Of a DNA stretch of 64,000 bases, positions 43,040 to 51,321 are shown piece by piece. The DNA comes from Syntrophobacter sp. SbD2. GTDB taxonomy: Bacteria > Desulfobacterota > Binatia > UBA9968. The notes beneath the pieces are model-generated. The model saw nothing but the letters and a program-made list of their open reading frames with translations, was not told where the DNA came from and searched no databases. Numbering within the stretch: the stretch's first letter is position 1; every line of letters begins with the position of its first letter. The stretch spans positions 5,176 to 69,175 of the forward strand of contig CAMDBU010000004.1 of the NCBI GenBank assembly GCA_945889495.1. The letters run 5' to 3'. The position numbers were made by a program, and so were the translations under genes.

Positions 43040-43450
43040 ATGAAAAAACATTTCGTGATTGCCGCTCTGGGTTTTCTACTCATGCCCGCCAGTCTCTATG
43101 CCCAGGCCTTCGGTGAATATGGCCGCGGCGTGGCGGGTATTCCCCAGGGTGTCGGTCCGCGGGCTCCTGGAACCTTGCCACAGGGTGGCTCTGGATCGGG
43201 TTCGGGTGGTGTTGGAGAAGTCAGCGGCAAGGCAATGCCGGTGTTACTGATCGTCGCGGTTAAAGACGCTGGCTTGTATCCGAAACAAGATGATGAGTCG
43301 GAGAAAGTAGCGGAACTTGCCGTCGGCGAAACCCTGGTGCCAATGGTCAAAAGCAGCGGCGCCAACGATTGGTATATGGTTCGCACCCAGAAGGGCGCCA
43401 TTGGCTGGGTGAAATCCATCGACGTGAGAGAAGACAAAGCGAAAAAGTAA
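43040..43450 (+). CDS. secreted SH3b-domain protein
   Basis: It has the signal peptide MKKHFVIAALGFLLMPASLYA, a Gly-rich linker and the C-terminal SH3b-like segment WYMVRTQKGAIGWVKSIDV. Confidence 0.7.
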   Translation: MKKHFVIAALGFLLMPASLYAQAFGEYGRGVAGIPQGVGPRAPGTLPQGGSGSGSGGVGEVSGKAMPVLLIVAVKDAGLYPKQDDESEKVAELAVGETLVPMVKSSGANDWYMVRTQKGAIGWVKSIDVREDKAKK

Positions 43451-43606
43451 ACGCGCGGCCGGCGCATGTTCGATTTCTTTTAACCCCTGCTCAGGGCTTT
43501 TCATTAGGAAGCAGATTCCGCGCGCCCGACCGCTGGCGCTGATCTACGAACCAGGCGTTTTCGCCATGGCTAATTCACACCGATCGCTTTAAGCCAATAC
43601 CCGGAA

Positions 43607-43729
43607 TTACCCTAAACGGCTCGATCGTTTCTGCTCATTAAGCGTCGACTGAGTGGCATTCAAGCTGCTCTGATACGCTTCCATGACACTCCCTTTCACG
43701 AAATCGAAAAAAATCTTGATCCCCGACAT
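43607..43729 (-). CDS. possible 40-aa small protein (very uncertain)
   Basis: The ATG at 43729 is preceded by a GGAGG SD at 4-nt spacing. It competes with a 52-codon plus-strand ORF at 43683-43841 that encodes a C-terminal TM helix. Confidence 0.2.
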   Translation of the reverse strand: MSGIKIFFDFVKGSVMEAYQSSLNATQSTLNEQKRSSRLG

Positions 43730-44003
43730 GCCGCCTCCAACGGCTCGATCGACGGAGCCTGGGCTGGTGATCGCTGGCATCGGAATTTTCTGCGCATCAG
43801 TAGTGATTGTCGCCATGCTGTTCGTGATTCTGGGCGCCTAACTGAATGGCGATCAACACCGCGACGATGGGATCGGATGAACGATGAAAAGTCTATTTAG
43901 AATTTTCTCGCTGGTGGCGTTTCTTCTGCTGGTTGCTTAGCGAGAACGGTACGGGCGGGCGCGAGTGGAAGCGAGTTTGAGCTAGGTAACGGTCACTTAT
44001 CGG

Positions 44004-44423
44004 TTAGGCTACGGTCAAGCGTTTCAACACCGAATCGTTGCCGATAACGTGAAATTCCATGTAGTCGATCAATCCCCGCGCGACGACGAAATAACGCTGC
44101 AACTGCTCGGCGGAAGAGGAGTGACCCGACGCCGGTGCGTTGGCCGCGCGGAAGGATTGAACCTCTTGAACTAAACCACGTAACGCCGGCGGTAATACAT
44201 CCCATACACCAGTCGCCTGGCAAATCGAAACTAGATTCTTGTGATCGAGCTTCTGCGGAACGCTGCCATGATTCTCGATGAGCGCGGCTTTGATGGCTTT
44301 TTCAACCGCATCGGCCAGCTTGTCAAACTGCATTGGATTGGTTTTCTTGTCCGGAGCGTTATCCGTCACCAAGCTGATGTGATTGCGCGCTTCTCTGAGC
44401 CAGGGCTCGGCAAATAATCCCAT
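44004..44423 (-). CDS. HEPN-domain protein
   Basis: Start at MGLFAEPWLREARNH behind a GGAGG SD. The helical pattern LADAVEKAIKAALIENHG....LDHKNLVSI is typical of classical HEPN (PF05168-type). Confidence 0.65.
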   Translation of the reverse strand: MGLFAEPWLREARNHISLVTDNAPDKKTNPMQFDKLADAVEKAIKAALIENHGSVPQKLDHKNLVSICQATGVWDVLPPALRGLVQEVQSFRAANAPASGHSSSAEQLQRYFVVARGLIDYMEFHVIGNDSVLKRLTVA

Positions 44424-44620
44424 TGACGCCTCCTGCAACGATGGCCGAATCGATATGATAGGGTTCAAGGGAATCTTTTACAAGTAAATGTTCGCGCTGA
44501 ACGCCGCATTCTACGCGCGCGCAATTGTCCCGTCATCCCACCGCGTTGACGTGCAAATTCGCGCCGGCAATCCTAGACAATTTAGAGCGGTTTTTGTCAG
44601 TCCGATGATTTATCGGGGCA

Positions 44621-44653
44621 ATAAAAAGCCCCTGAGCTTGCGCCCAGGGGCTT
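44621..44653 (-). terminator. intrinsic terminator after the DapA-like gene
   Basis: The stem is AGCCCCTG (44627-34) / CAGGGGCT (44645-52). A U-tract follows on the minus strand (plus-strand AAAAA at 44622-26). Confidence 0.55.
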
Positions 44654-44681
44654 GCGGAAAATTTCTTGCTGGAGCTTGTCG

Positions 44682-45641
44682 TTACGCCGCGGAACGCGAC
44701 CGCAACGCTTCAACTAGCGGGCGATATTTTTTGTTTAGCTCCATCCAATGGGCGGCGCGCTTATGGGCTTTGTCGAGTTCGACTTCCGGGAAAGTGACGA
44801 AAGGAACCCGAGTCGGCCCCACTTTACAGTAATCGGCGAATTCCGCCGGCCGTTTGTTGCCGGCTCCAGGAACCGGTTTGCCGGCGCCGATGCCGCCGAG
44901 ATCGTCGATTACCTCGATCATCTTGGCGATGTCGCCTTTGCGCGCCTGTTCGACCAAGTAGAGGATCGGCCATGGACCCATCCAGACTTCCGTCGACCAG
45001 CAGCCGGCGGCGCCCATCGCATAGTAAGGATGCAACTGGGTCTGATTGACGAACACGCTGATCTTCCCGCGCACGATCTTTTGCAGATTCAAAAACGCTT
45101 GGGTGGTGCGATGGCTGTCTTTCATGCCGATGATGTTGGGCTTCTTGACCAGTTCCCTGAACGCCGCCACCGGAATCGTGAACTTGTGATTGCCGGGGTT
45201 GTGATAGATCACGATGTTCAAAGTCGGGAACAAATCGGCGATGTCATGATAAAACTTGATCGCGTCTTGGACATGTAAAGTTTCGTAGTAGGGGACGCCA
45301 AGCAACACGCCGTCCGCGCCGAGATCTTTTACGAAATTCATTTTTTGGATGACTTCGCGGGGATTGGGGCTGGTAACGCCGAGAAACAGCGGCACGCGCT
45401 TTTTCACCGCCTCAACCGTCGCGACACATAGGGTTTTGAATTCGTCGAACAGCAAGTTGTAGCACTCGCCATAGGTGCCGGTGGTGGCGATGTTGTTGAC
45501 GCCGTCTTTGATAATCTTGTCGACGCCTTCTTTCAAATTATCCACCGCGATGGTTTGGGTGGCCCGAATATCGGTGGCGTCCGCCGTGGCAAAGGCCGGC
45601 ATCATGCCCAAAACGCCGCTCAGCTCGTTTGCTGTGATCAT
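44682..45641 (-). CDS. dihydrodipicolinate synthase/N-acetylneuraminate lyase family (class I aldolase) protein
   Basis: 319 aa. It has TTGTYGE, GVLLGVPYY and the Schiff-base Lys context IIGMKDS. Confidence 0.85.
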   Translation of the reverse strand: MITANELSGVLGMMPAFATADATDIRATQTIAVDNLKEGVDKIIKDGVNNIATTGTYGECYNLLFDEFKTLCVATVEAVKKRVPLFLGVTSPNPREVIQKMNFVKDLGADGVLLGVPYYETLHVQDAIKFYHDIADLFPTLNIVIYHNPGNHKFTIPVAAFRELVKKPNIIGMKDSHRTTQAFLNLQKIVRGKISVFVNQTQLHPYYAMGAAGCWSTEVWMGPWPILYLVEQARKGDIAKMIEVIDDLGGIGAGKPVPGAGNKRPAEFADYCKVGPTRVPFVTFPEVELDKAHKRAAHWMELNKKYRPLVEALRSRSAA

Positions 45642-45796
45642 TGATAGCCTCCTGTGAGTTACTTTAAAATTTCGGTCTTTGCGGCGGCACTGTCATGCGG
45701 CCGCGCCCTGGGTACCTTGGTCTTGTTAACAGGTCTCCAAACGGCTTGTCAAACGCCATGCGCTCCACCGAATTTCCAACCGATCTAAGGATAGAC

Positions 45797-45872
<76 letters not shown>

Positions 45873-46014
45873 TTACCCGGTTAAACCTACTGCCGTCGCC
45901 AAAAATATGGCGCAGGTCATGGGGAGTAACGCCGGTTAAGTTAGCATGCTTGTCGACAGTTTTAAACGCCGGGCGGACCCTTGCTTGAAGGTAACTGGCA
46001 TGGTTGGCTGACAA

Positions 46015-46461
46015 TCACTCCTTCTTCGCTGATTGTTCGGCTTGGATGGCGGCGTACAAGGCGTCGTAGAGAAAGCTGGCTTTGTCGACGGTTTCGTGAT
46101 CGTCTTTGGTGACCAGTGGAAAGCCCTGGGAGATGGTTCTGATACCCGCCGATTCAGGAGTTAAGCTCGTTTGATCGTCAAAATCGGCGCCTCGCACCAT
46201 GCGCGCCAGTGCTTTGAGCACGGCATCGTTGGCACAATGTTCTTCGACCAAGGCTTCGAAAGAGCAGCGGCCCTGGCTGTCCTTGTGCGGATAGCTGGCG
46301 CCGGGGGCGTCGAAGCCTCGGCCGTTTTCGCGCGCTTGAATGGCCGCCACTTCATTGGGCTCGACGAAAATAAATTCGGCTTGGCGGTCGATGAAGCGGC
46401 GGATGAGCCAGGCGGTGGCGACCCGGTTGACGCGAATCTGTTTGCGTGTGATCCACTTCAT
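46015..46461 (-). CDS. chromate resistance protein, ChrB C-terminal-domain-like
   Basis: 148 aa. It has MKWITRKQIRVNRVATAWLIRRFID and lies directly downstream of chrA. Confidence 0.7.
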   Translation of the reverse strand: MKWITRKQIRVNRVATAWLIRRFIDRQAEFIFVEPNEVAAIQARENGRGFDAPGASYPHKDSQGRCSFEALVEEHCANDAVLKALARMVRGADFDDQTSLTPESAGIRTISQGFPLVTKDDHETVDKASFLYDALYAAIQAEQSAKKE

Positions 46462-46470
46462 TCGATGCGC

Positions 46471-47634
46471 TCAATGCAGGATCGGATAGACGATCAAGCC
46501 CACCAGGCCGGCCACCGAAACGATGATCGGCTCGGGGATTTTGTAGCGCCATAGAATGGTAAAGCTCAGCGCGGCGATGATCGCCGTGGGCAGATCGTTG
46601 ATGGCGCGGCTGGCGAGCACCAACACCGCGCCGGTGATGGCGCCGGTGGCGGCGGCGGTGGCACCATCGACAAAGGCTTTGAGTTGAGGATTATCGCGAT
46701 GCCGCTTGAACCAGGGCGCGGGCAGAATGGTGAAAATATAGACCGGTAGGAAAATCCCGATGGCGGCCATCACCGAGCCGGCGAAGCCGGCGACGATATA
46801 ACCGATGAACGCCACGGTGATGACGACCGGTCCGGGGGTGATCATGGCGACCGCGACGGCGTCCAAGAATTGTTGATTATTGAGCCAGCCAAATTGTTGC
46901 ACTACGCCTTGCTGTAAAAATGGCACGATGGCCAAACCGCTGCCAAAGACAAAGGCTCCCGCTTTGGTAAAGAAGACCAGTATCTGCCCGAGCAGATTTT
47001 CCGATTTGCCGGCGCTACCGGCGCCGCCCACCCAGGCGCCAATCAGCCAGATGATGAGGCCTAGGGCGACGCAGCTCGAGGCGATGACTATAGCCGGCCG
47101 CCATCCCGGCCAGGCGCGAATCAGCAGCACCGCCAGGCCGGCGAGGATAAAAAACTCCGCCAACTCCGCCTGGGCCCAGACCGTGACTACGGTGAGGACA
47201 ACGAAGACACCCCAGAGCAGAGGATCTTTCTTATTCGTGCTGCGCGCCAGCTTGTAGGCGGCGATGGCGATGATCGCGATCACGGTGGCGCCGATGGCGT
47301 AAAACAGCGCTTGCATCCACCATAATCCGCCGTAGGAGACATAAGCGATTGAGATGCCCACGACCATCAAAAAGGAAGGCAGAATAAACGCCAGTCCCGC
47401 CAGTGTGGCGCCGGCGATGCCGGCTTCGAAGTAACCGATGGCGATGGCTGCCTGGGCGGCCAACGGGCCGGGCATGATCTGCGCGAGGGCGAGGGACAGT
47501 TTGTAGGTGTCCTCGGTGATGCGCTTTTGCTGGTCGACCAAGTCACGGTGCATGAAGCCGACCAGCGCCACTGGCCCGCCGAAGCCGAAGGCGCCGAGAT
47601 AGAGAAAGTAGCGGACCAGTTCCGTCAGGCTCAT
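46471..47634 (-). CDS. chrA: chromate ion transporter (CHR family, two fused CHR domains)
   Basis: 387 aa polytopic protein. It has FGGPVALVGFMHRDLV and a second repeat FVFGSGLAIVPFL. Confidence 0.9.
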   Translation of the reverse strand: MSLTELVRYFLYLGAFGFGGPVALVGFMHRDLVDQQKRITEDTYKLSLALAQIMPGPLAAQAAIAIGYFEAGIAGATLAGLAFILPSFLMVVGISIAYVSYGGLWWMQALFYAIGATVIAIIAIAAYKLARSTNKKDPLLWGVFVVLTVVTVWAQAELAEFFILAGLAVLLIRAWPGWRPAIVIASSCVALGLIIWLIGAWVGGAGSAGKSENLLGQILVFFTKAGAFVFGSGLAIVPFLQQGVVQQFGWLNNQQFLDAVAVAMITPGPVVITVAFIGYIVAGFAGSVMAAIGIFLPVYIFTILPAPWFKRHRDNPQLKAFVDGATAAATGAITGAVLVLASRAINDLPTAIIAALSFTILWRYKIPEPIIVSVAGLVGLIVYPILH

Positions 47635-47643
47635 GCGATCTCC

Positions 47644-48234
47644 TTACTTGGCGGCGTTGGTAAACAGCGCCGCGACTTTTTGCCAGTGGATGTTTTGCAT
47701 AAAAGCGTCGACATAGCCGGCCGCTTTGGCGCCGTAATCGATATGGTAGGAGTGCTCGTACATATCGAGGGCGAGGATCGGGGTGGCGCCGGCCAAATGG
47801 CAGGTATGATCGGCGGCCCACTGATTGAGCAATTTCTTGTCCCGCTGAGAGTAAACCAGCATCACCCATCCCGAACCGCCGCCCTGGGCTTTGCCCATGG
47901 CGCTGAACTGCGCGGTCCAGCGTTCAACCGCGCCAAAGTCGCGCGTGAGCGCATCGCGGAGATCGCCGCCGGGTTCACCGCCGTCACCCAAATGGTCGAA
48001 ATAGAGCTCGTGGAGAATCATCGAATTACTGGCGATCAGCTCTTCGCGTTTCAATCCATTGATGGCGAAAACCGGCGCGGCGGCGAAGTCGAGGGTTTCC
48101 AGCTGCGCGGCGATGGCGTTCAAGCGCTTGACCGCGCCGCTGTAGTTGTTTTCGTAGTGGCTGACGATAAGTTTTTCCGAGAGCCCTTTGAGCTTTGCCG
48201 GATCACAACCGAGCGGTTTGATTGAATAAGACAT
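47644..48234 (-). CDS. Fe/Mn superoxide dismutase family protein (ChrC-like)
   Basis: Start at MSYSIKPL behind a GGAGA SD. It has the C-terminal metal motif LDMYEHSYHIDY. The N-terminal HH.KHH motif is reduced to VSHYENNY. Confidence 0.8.
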   Translation of the reverse strand: MSYSIKPLGCDPAKLKGLSEKLIVSHYENNYSGAVKRLNAIAAQLETLDFAAAPVFAINGLKREELIASNSMILHELYFDHLGDGGEPGGDLRDALTRDFGAVERWTAQFSAMGKAQGGGSGWVMLVYSQRDKKLLNQWAADHTCHLAGATPILALDMYEHSYHIDYGAKAAGYVDAFMQNIHWQKVAALFTNAAK

Positions 48235-48479
48235 CGATGGTCTCCGTGGAGTTTCGGTCGAAGCAACGACTGCGCCGGCAGGGCCGGCCAATCCGCGCCG
48301 CGGCGAACGGTCAGGCTTGCTGGCCTCGGATGCGCCCCGACCCATATAACAGCCGTACCTAGGAATCAATCAAGTTCGCGGCTGAGTTCGTCGCGCCTGG
48401 AGAGACTTGCCTTTCACGTAGAGTGGTGAAAAAGTATCGGAGCTTAAGAACCTAGCGCTAAACACAGGAGTGAACAGTC

Positions 48480-49469
48480 ATGCTCAAAGTCATTCCAGTG
48501 GAGCAGGCAATTGGATTGCCGCTCGCACATGACATCACCGAAATCATTCCCGGCAAGCATAAAGGGCCGGCGTTCCGGCGCGGCCATATCATCCGCCAAG
48601 AAGATGTCTCGAAGCTGCTCGATGTCGGCAAAGCGAATATTTACGTCATGGAGTTGGAGAAGGACGAGCTCCATGAAGAGGACGCCGCGCTGCGCCTGGC
48701 TAAAGCGGCGGCTGGAACGAATTTGAAACTCACTGGTCCGAGCGAAGGCCGGTTCAATTTGGTCGCGGCGATCTCCGGTTTGCTAAAAGTCGATGTCGAG
48801 CTGCTCTATCGCTTCAATTCCCTCGGCGACCTGATGATGGCGACGCTGCCGGGCGACCGTTACGTGAAAGAAGGCACGGTGGTGGCGGGCACCCGGACGA
48901 TCCCCGTTCTGGTTAAAGAGTCTCTCGTGCAGCAAGCCGAAGCGCTATGCCAGGACCGGCCTATCGTTAGATTGCTGCCGATGCCGGCGCGCCATGTGCG
49001 CTTGGTGGTCACCGGTAGCGAAGTTTTCACCGGCCGCATCAAGGACGGCTTCGGCCCCATTGTCAGCAAGAAAGTCGGCGAGCTCGGCTCCAGCGTCGAT
49101 TCGGTGGAGTTGTCGCCGGACGATCCTGATGTGATTGGCAACCATATCAAAAACGCCCAGCAAGCCGGCGCCGACATCATTCTCGTCAGCGGCGGCATGT
49201 CGGTGGACCCCGACGACAAGACGCCGGAAGGGATTCGCCGCAGCGGCGCCAAAGTCGAGACCCATGGTTTCCCGGTGTTGCCCGGTTCCATGTTCGTGAT
49301 GGCATACTTGGGCGATACGCCGGTGATAGGGTTGTCCGGCTGCGTGCTGCACGATCCGTTCACCGCCTTCGATGCCCTGCTGCCGCGCTTGATCGCCGGC
49401 GAAAAAATCACCCGTGCCGATATCATGGCCATGGGCCATGGCGGGCTGGCGAAGAAACACGATCATTAA
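48480..49469 (+). CDS. molybdopterin-binding (MoCF-biosynthesis domain) protein
   Basis: 329 aa. The C-terminal segment ADIILVSGGMSVDPDDKTPEGI is typical of MogA/MoaB/MoeA domain III. Confidence 0.6.
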   Translation: MLKVIPVEQAIGLPLAHDITEIIPGKHKGPAFRRGHIIRQEDVSKLLDVGKANIYVMELEKDELHEEDAALRLAKAAAGTNLKLTGPSEGRFNLVAAISGLLKVDVELLYRFNSLGDLMMATLPGDRYVKEGTVVAGTRTIPVLVKESLVQQAEALCQDRPIVRLLPMPARHVRLVVTGSEVFTGRIKDGFGPIVSKKVGELGSSVDSVELSPDDPDVIGNHIKNAQQAGADIILVSGGMSVDPDDKTPEGIRRSGAKVETHGFPVLPGSMFVMAYLGDTPVIGLSGCVLHDPFTAFDALLPRLIAGEKITRADIMAMGHGGLAKKHDH

Positions 49470-49472
49470 AAC

Positions 49473-49504
49473 AATGGATAATTGATAATGGAGAATGGAT
49501 AATT
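49473..49504. repeat. tandem ~10.5-bp AT-rich repeats (AATGGATAATT x2 with a degenerate middle copy) upstream of the isochorismatase gene; possible promoter/operator
   Basis: AATGGATAATT occurs at 49473-49483 and 49494-49504, 21 bp apart. TGGATA, 17 nt, GATAAT can be read as -35/-10 elements. Confidence 0.3.
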
Positions 49505-49536
49505 TCGGATCTTCAATCGCAGATTAAAATGGCGAG

Positions 49537-50193
49537 GTGGATATGGATGTATTGCGGACATTGAAAGAGCGGTGTGATCCGAAGAATGCGGCTTTGATTG
49601 TTGTCGACGTCCAGAATGACTTCGTCAATCCCGACGGTAGCGCGGGTAAGCGCGGTGAGGATTGCAGCGCGGCGATCGCCATGGTGCCGAATCTGCTCAA
49701 ATTGATCGACGAAGGGCGGCGGGTTGGGCTGACGATTGTTTACATTCGCACCACCCATAGCGAGTGGACCGATACGCCGTCGTGGATTTACCGGAGCTCG
49801 CAAAAGAGCGGGCTCAGCACCTGCCGGGAGGGCAGTTGGGGCGCGGAGTTTTACGACGGCATCGCGCCTTTGCCGTCCGAGCGGGTGGTGATCAAGCACC
49901 GCTACAGCGCGTTTATCAATACCGATCTCAACACCGTGCTCAAGGCGCGCAATATCCAAAGCGTTCTAGTCTGCGGCGTGGCGACCAACGTGTGTGTCGA
50001 GACCACGGCGCGGGACGCCTACATGTACGACTATTACGTCACCATGATCGACGACTGTTCGGCGGCCTATGAAGCCAAATTACACTTGGGTACGCTCGAC
50101 AACATGCGCCGCCACTTCGGTCTGGTGGCGGCGTCGCGGGAAATCATCGATAGCTGGCGCGATTTGCCGGCGAAACTTGCGGCTGGCATCTGA
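49537..50193 (+). CDS. isochorismatase-family cysteine hydrolase
   Basis: 218 aa. It has ALIVVDVQNDF and the catalytic Cys context VCGVATNVCVETTARDA. Confidence 0.85.
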   Translation: MDMDVLRTLKERCDPKNAALIVVDVQNDFVNPDGSAGKRGEDCSAAIAMVPNLLKLIDEGRRVGLTIVYIRTTHSEWTDTPSWIYRSSQKSGLSTCREGSWGAEFYDGIAPLPSERVVIKHRYSAFINTDLNTVLKARNIQSVLVCGVATNVCVETTARDAYMYDYYVTMIDDCSAAYEAKLHLGTLDNMRRHFGLVAASREIIDSWRDLPAKLAAGI

Positions 50194-50216
50194 CATTTCT
50201 AATATTCGCAGCACCA

Positions 50217-50255
50217 ATAAAAAAGCCCGGTAGCTTCCTACCGGGCTTTTTTATT
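50217..50255. terminator. bidirectional intrinsic terminator between convergent genes
   Basis: AAAAAAGCCCGGTAGCTTCCTACCGGGCTTTTTT is a perfect 10-bp stem with a 4-nt loop, flanked by an A-tract and a T-tract. Confidence 0.8.
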
Positions 50256-50274
50256 TAGTCCTGGTTGTTTAAAT

Positions 50275-51303
50275 TTACTTCATCATGTCGGCGTTGATGC
50301 GCTCCAACGCTTCGGCTGGCGGCTGCAAGAAATCCTGGCCCAACTCCGAAAGGGGCGTGTCACAAAGATTGAGTTCTTCGGCGAATTCCTTGCGCGTCGG
50401 GTTGTAGTAAATCAAGCCGGTCAAAAATTTGCCTTCAGCGATGGCGCCATGGATCGCTTGGATCGCGTTGGCCTTGCTGGTCGGATCGTAATGCTTGCTG
50501 AGCTTATGGAGAATGATCCGCGAGCCGTCGTGCATGGCGACTTCGTGATCGGTGCCTTCGTTGTAATCGGCTTCGATGTTTTCATAGGGCGGCACGAAGT
50601 CGAGATCGTGAATCGGATCGAGGTGGCCTTTGACGTATTTCAAGCTTTTGGTCGAGCCTTCGTGGTTGTTGAACGTCACGCAGGGGCTGATGACGTCGAG
50701 GATGGCGCTGCCTTTGTGCGCCATGGCGCCCTGCACCAGCGGCGTCAACTGTTTGCGGTCGCCGGAAAAGCTCCGGGCGACGTAGGTGGCGCCCAGGGTG
50801 ATCGCCAACTCGGCTAAATCGATGGCCGGGATATCATTGACTTTGCCGCCCTTCATCACTGAACCGACATCGGCGGTGGCCGAGAACTGACCTTTAGTCA
50901 GGCCGTAGACGCCGTTATTCTCGATGATGTAAACGATGTTCACGTTGCGCCGCATCATGTGGCAGAAGTTGCCGAGCCCGATGGCCGAGGTGTCGCCGTC
51001 TCCGGAGACGCCGATCGGCAATAACGAGTGGTTCGCCAGGTTGGCGCCAGTCGCCACTGCCGACATGCGGCCGTGTACCGCGTTGAAGCCGAATGATTGG
51101 CTCAAAAAATAAGCCGGGGTTTTTGACGAGCAGCCGATGCCGCTGAGTTTGACGACTTTGCGCGGGTCGATGCTGCTTTCGTAATAGGCGCGCTGCACCG
51201 ACGCCGAGATCGCGTCATGACCGCAACCTTTGCACATGGTCGAGGCCGCGCCGTCGTAGTCTTTTTCGGTAAGATTTAAGCGATTAACTTTTGCTTCTGC
51301 CAT
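50275..51303 (-). CDS. korB: 2-oxoacid:ferredoxin oxidoreductase beta subunit (TPP-binding)
   Basis: 342 aa. It has the TPP motif GVSGDGDTSAIGLGN...NNGVYGLTKGQ. Confidence 0.9.
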   Translation of the reverse strand: MAEAKVNRLNLTEKDYDGAASTMCKGCGHDAISASVQRAYYESSIDPRKVVKLSGIGCSSKTPAYFLSQSFGFNAVHGRMSAVATGANLANHSLLPIGVSGDGDTSAIGLGNFCHMMRRNVNIVYIIENNGVYGLTKGQFSATADVGSVMKGGKVNDIPAIDLAELAITLGATYVARSFSGDRKQLTPLVQGAMAHKGSAILDVISPCVTFNNHEGSTKSLKYVKGHLDPIHDLDFVPPYENIEADYNEGTDHEVAMHDGSRIILHKLSKHYDPTSKANAIQAIHGAIAEGKFLTGLIYYNPTRKEFAEELNLCDTPLSELGQDFLQPPAEALERINADMMK

Positions 51304-51321
51304 TGTCTTGTCCTTCTATCC

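Noticed and set aside
43451-45796. The region 3' of tRNA-Thr (DapA-like, HEPN, small ORFs) as an integrated genomic island.
   Set aside because: I found no integrase, no recognisable direct repeat of the tRNA 3' end, and no phage or plasmid genes. Only the accessory-looking gene content hints at it, which is insufficient.
48370-48479. Possible Moco riboswitch in the leader of the molybdopterin-binding protein gene.
   Set aside because: The available leader is about 110 nt and shared with a divergent promoter. I could not identify the conserved Moco-motif helices or loops by eye. A covariance-model scan (Rfam RF01055) would be needed, and I do not expect a hit.
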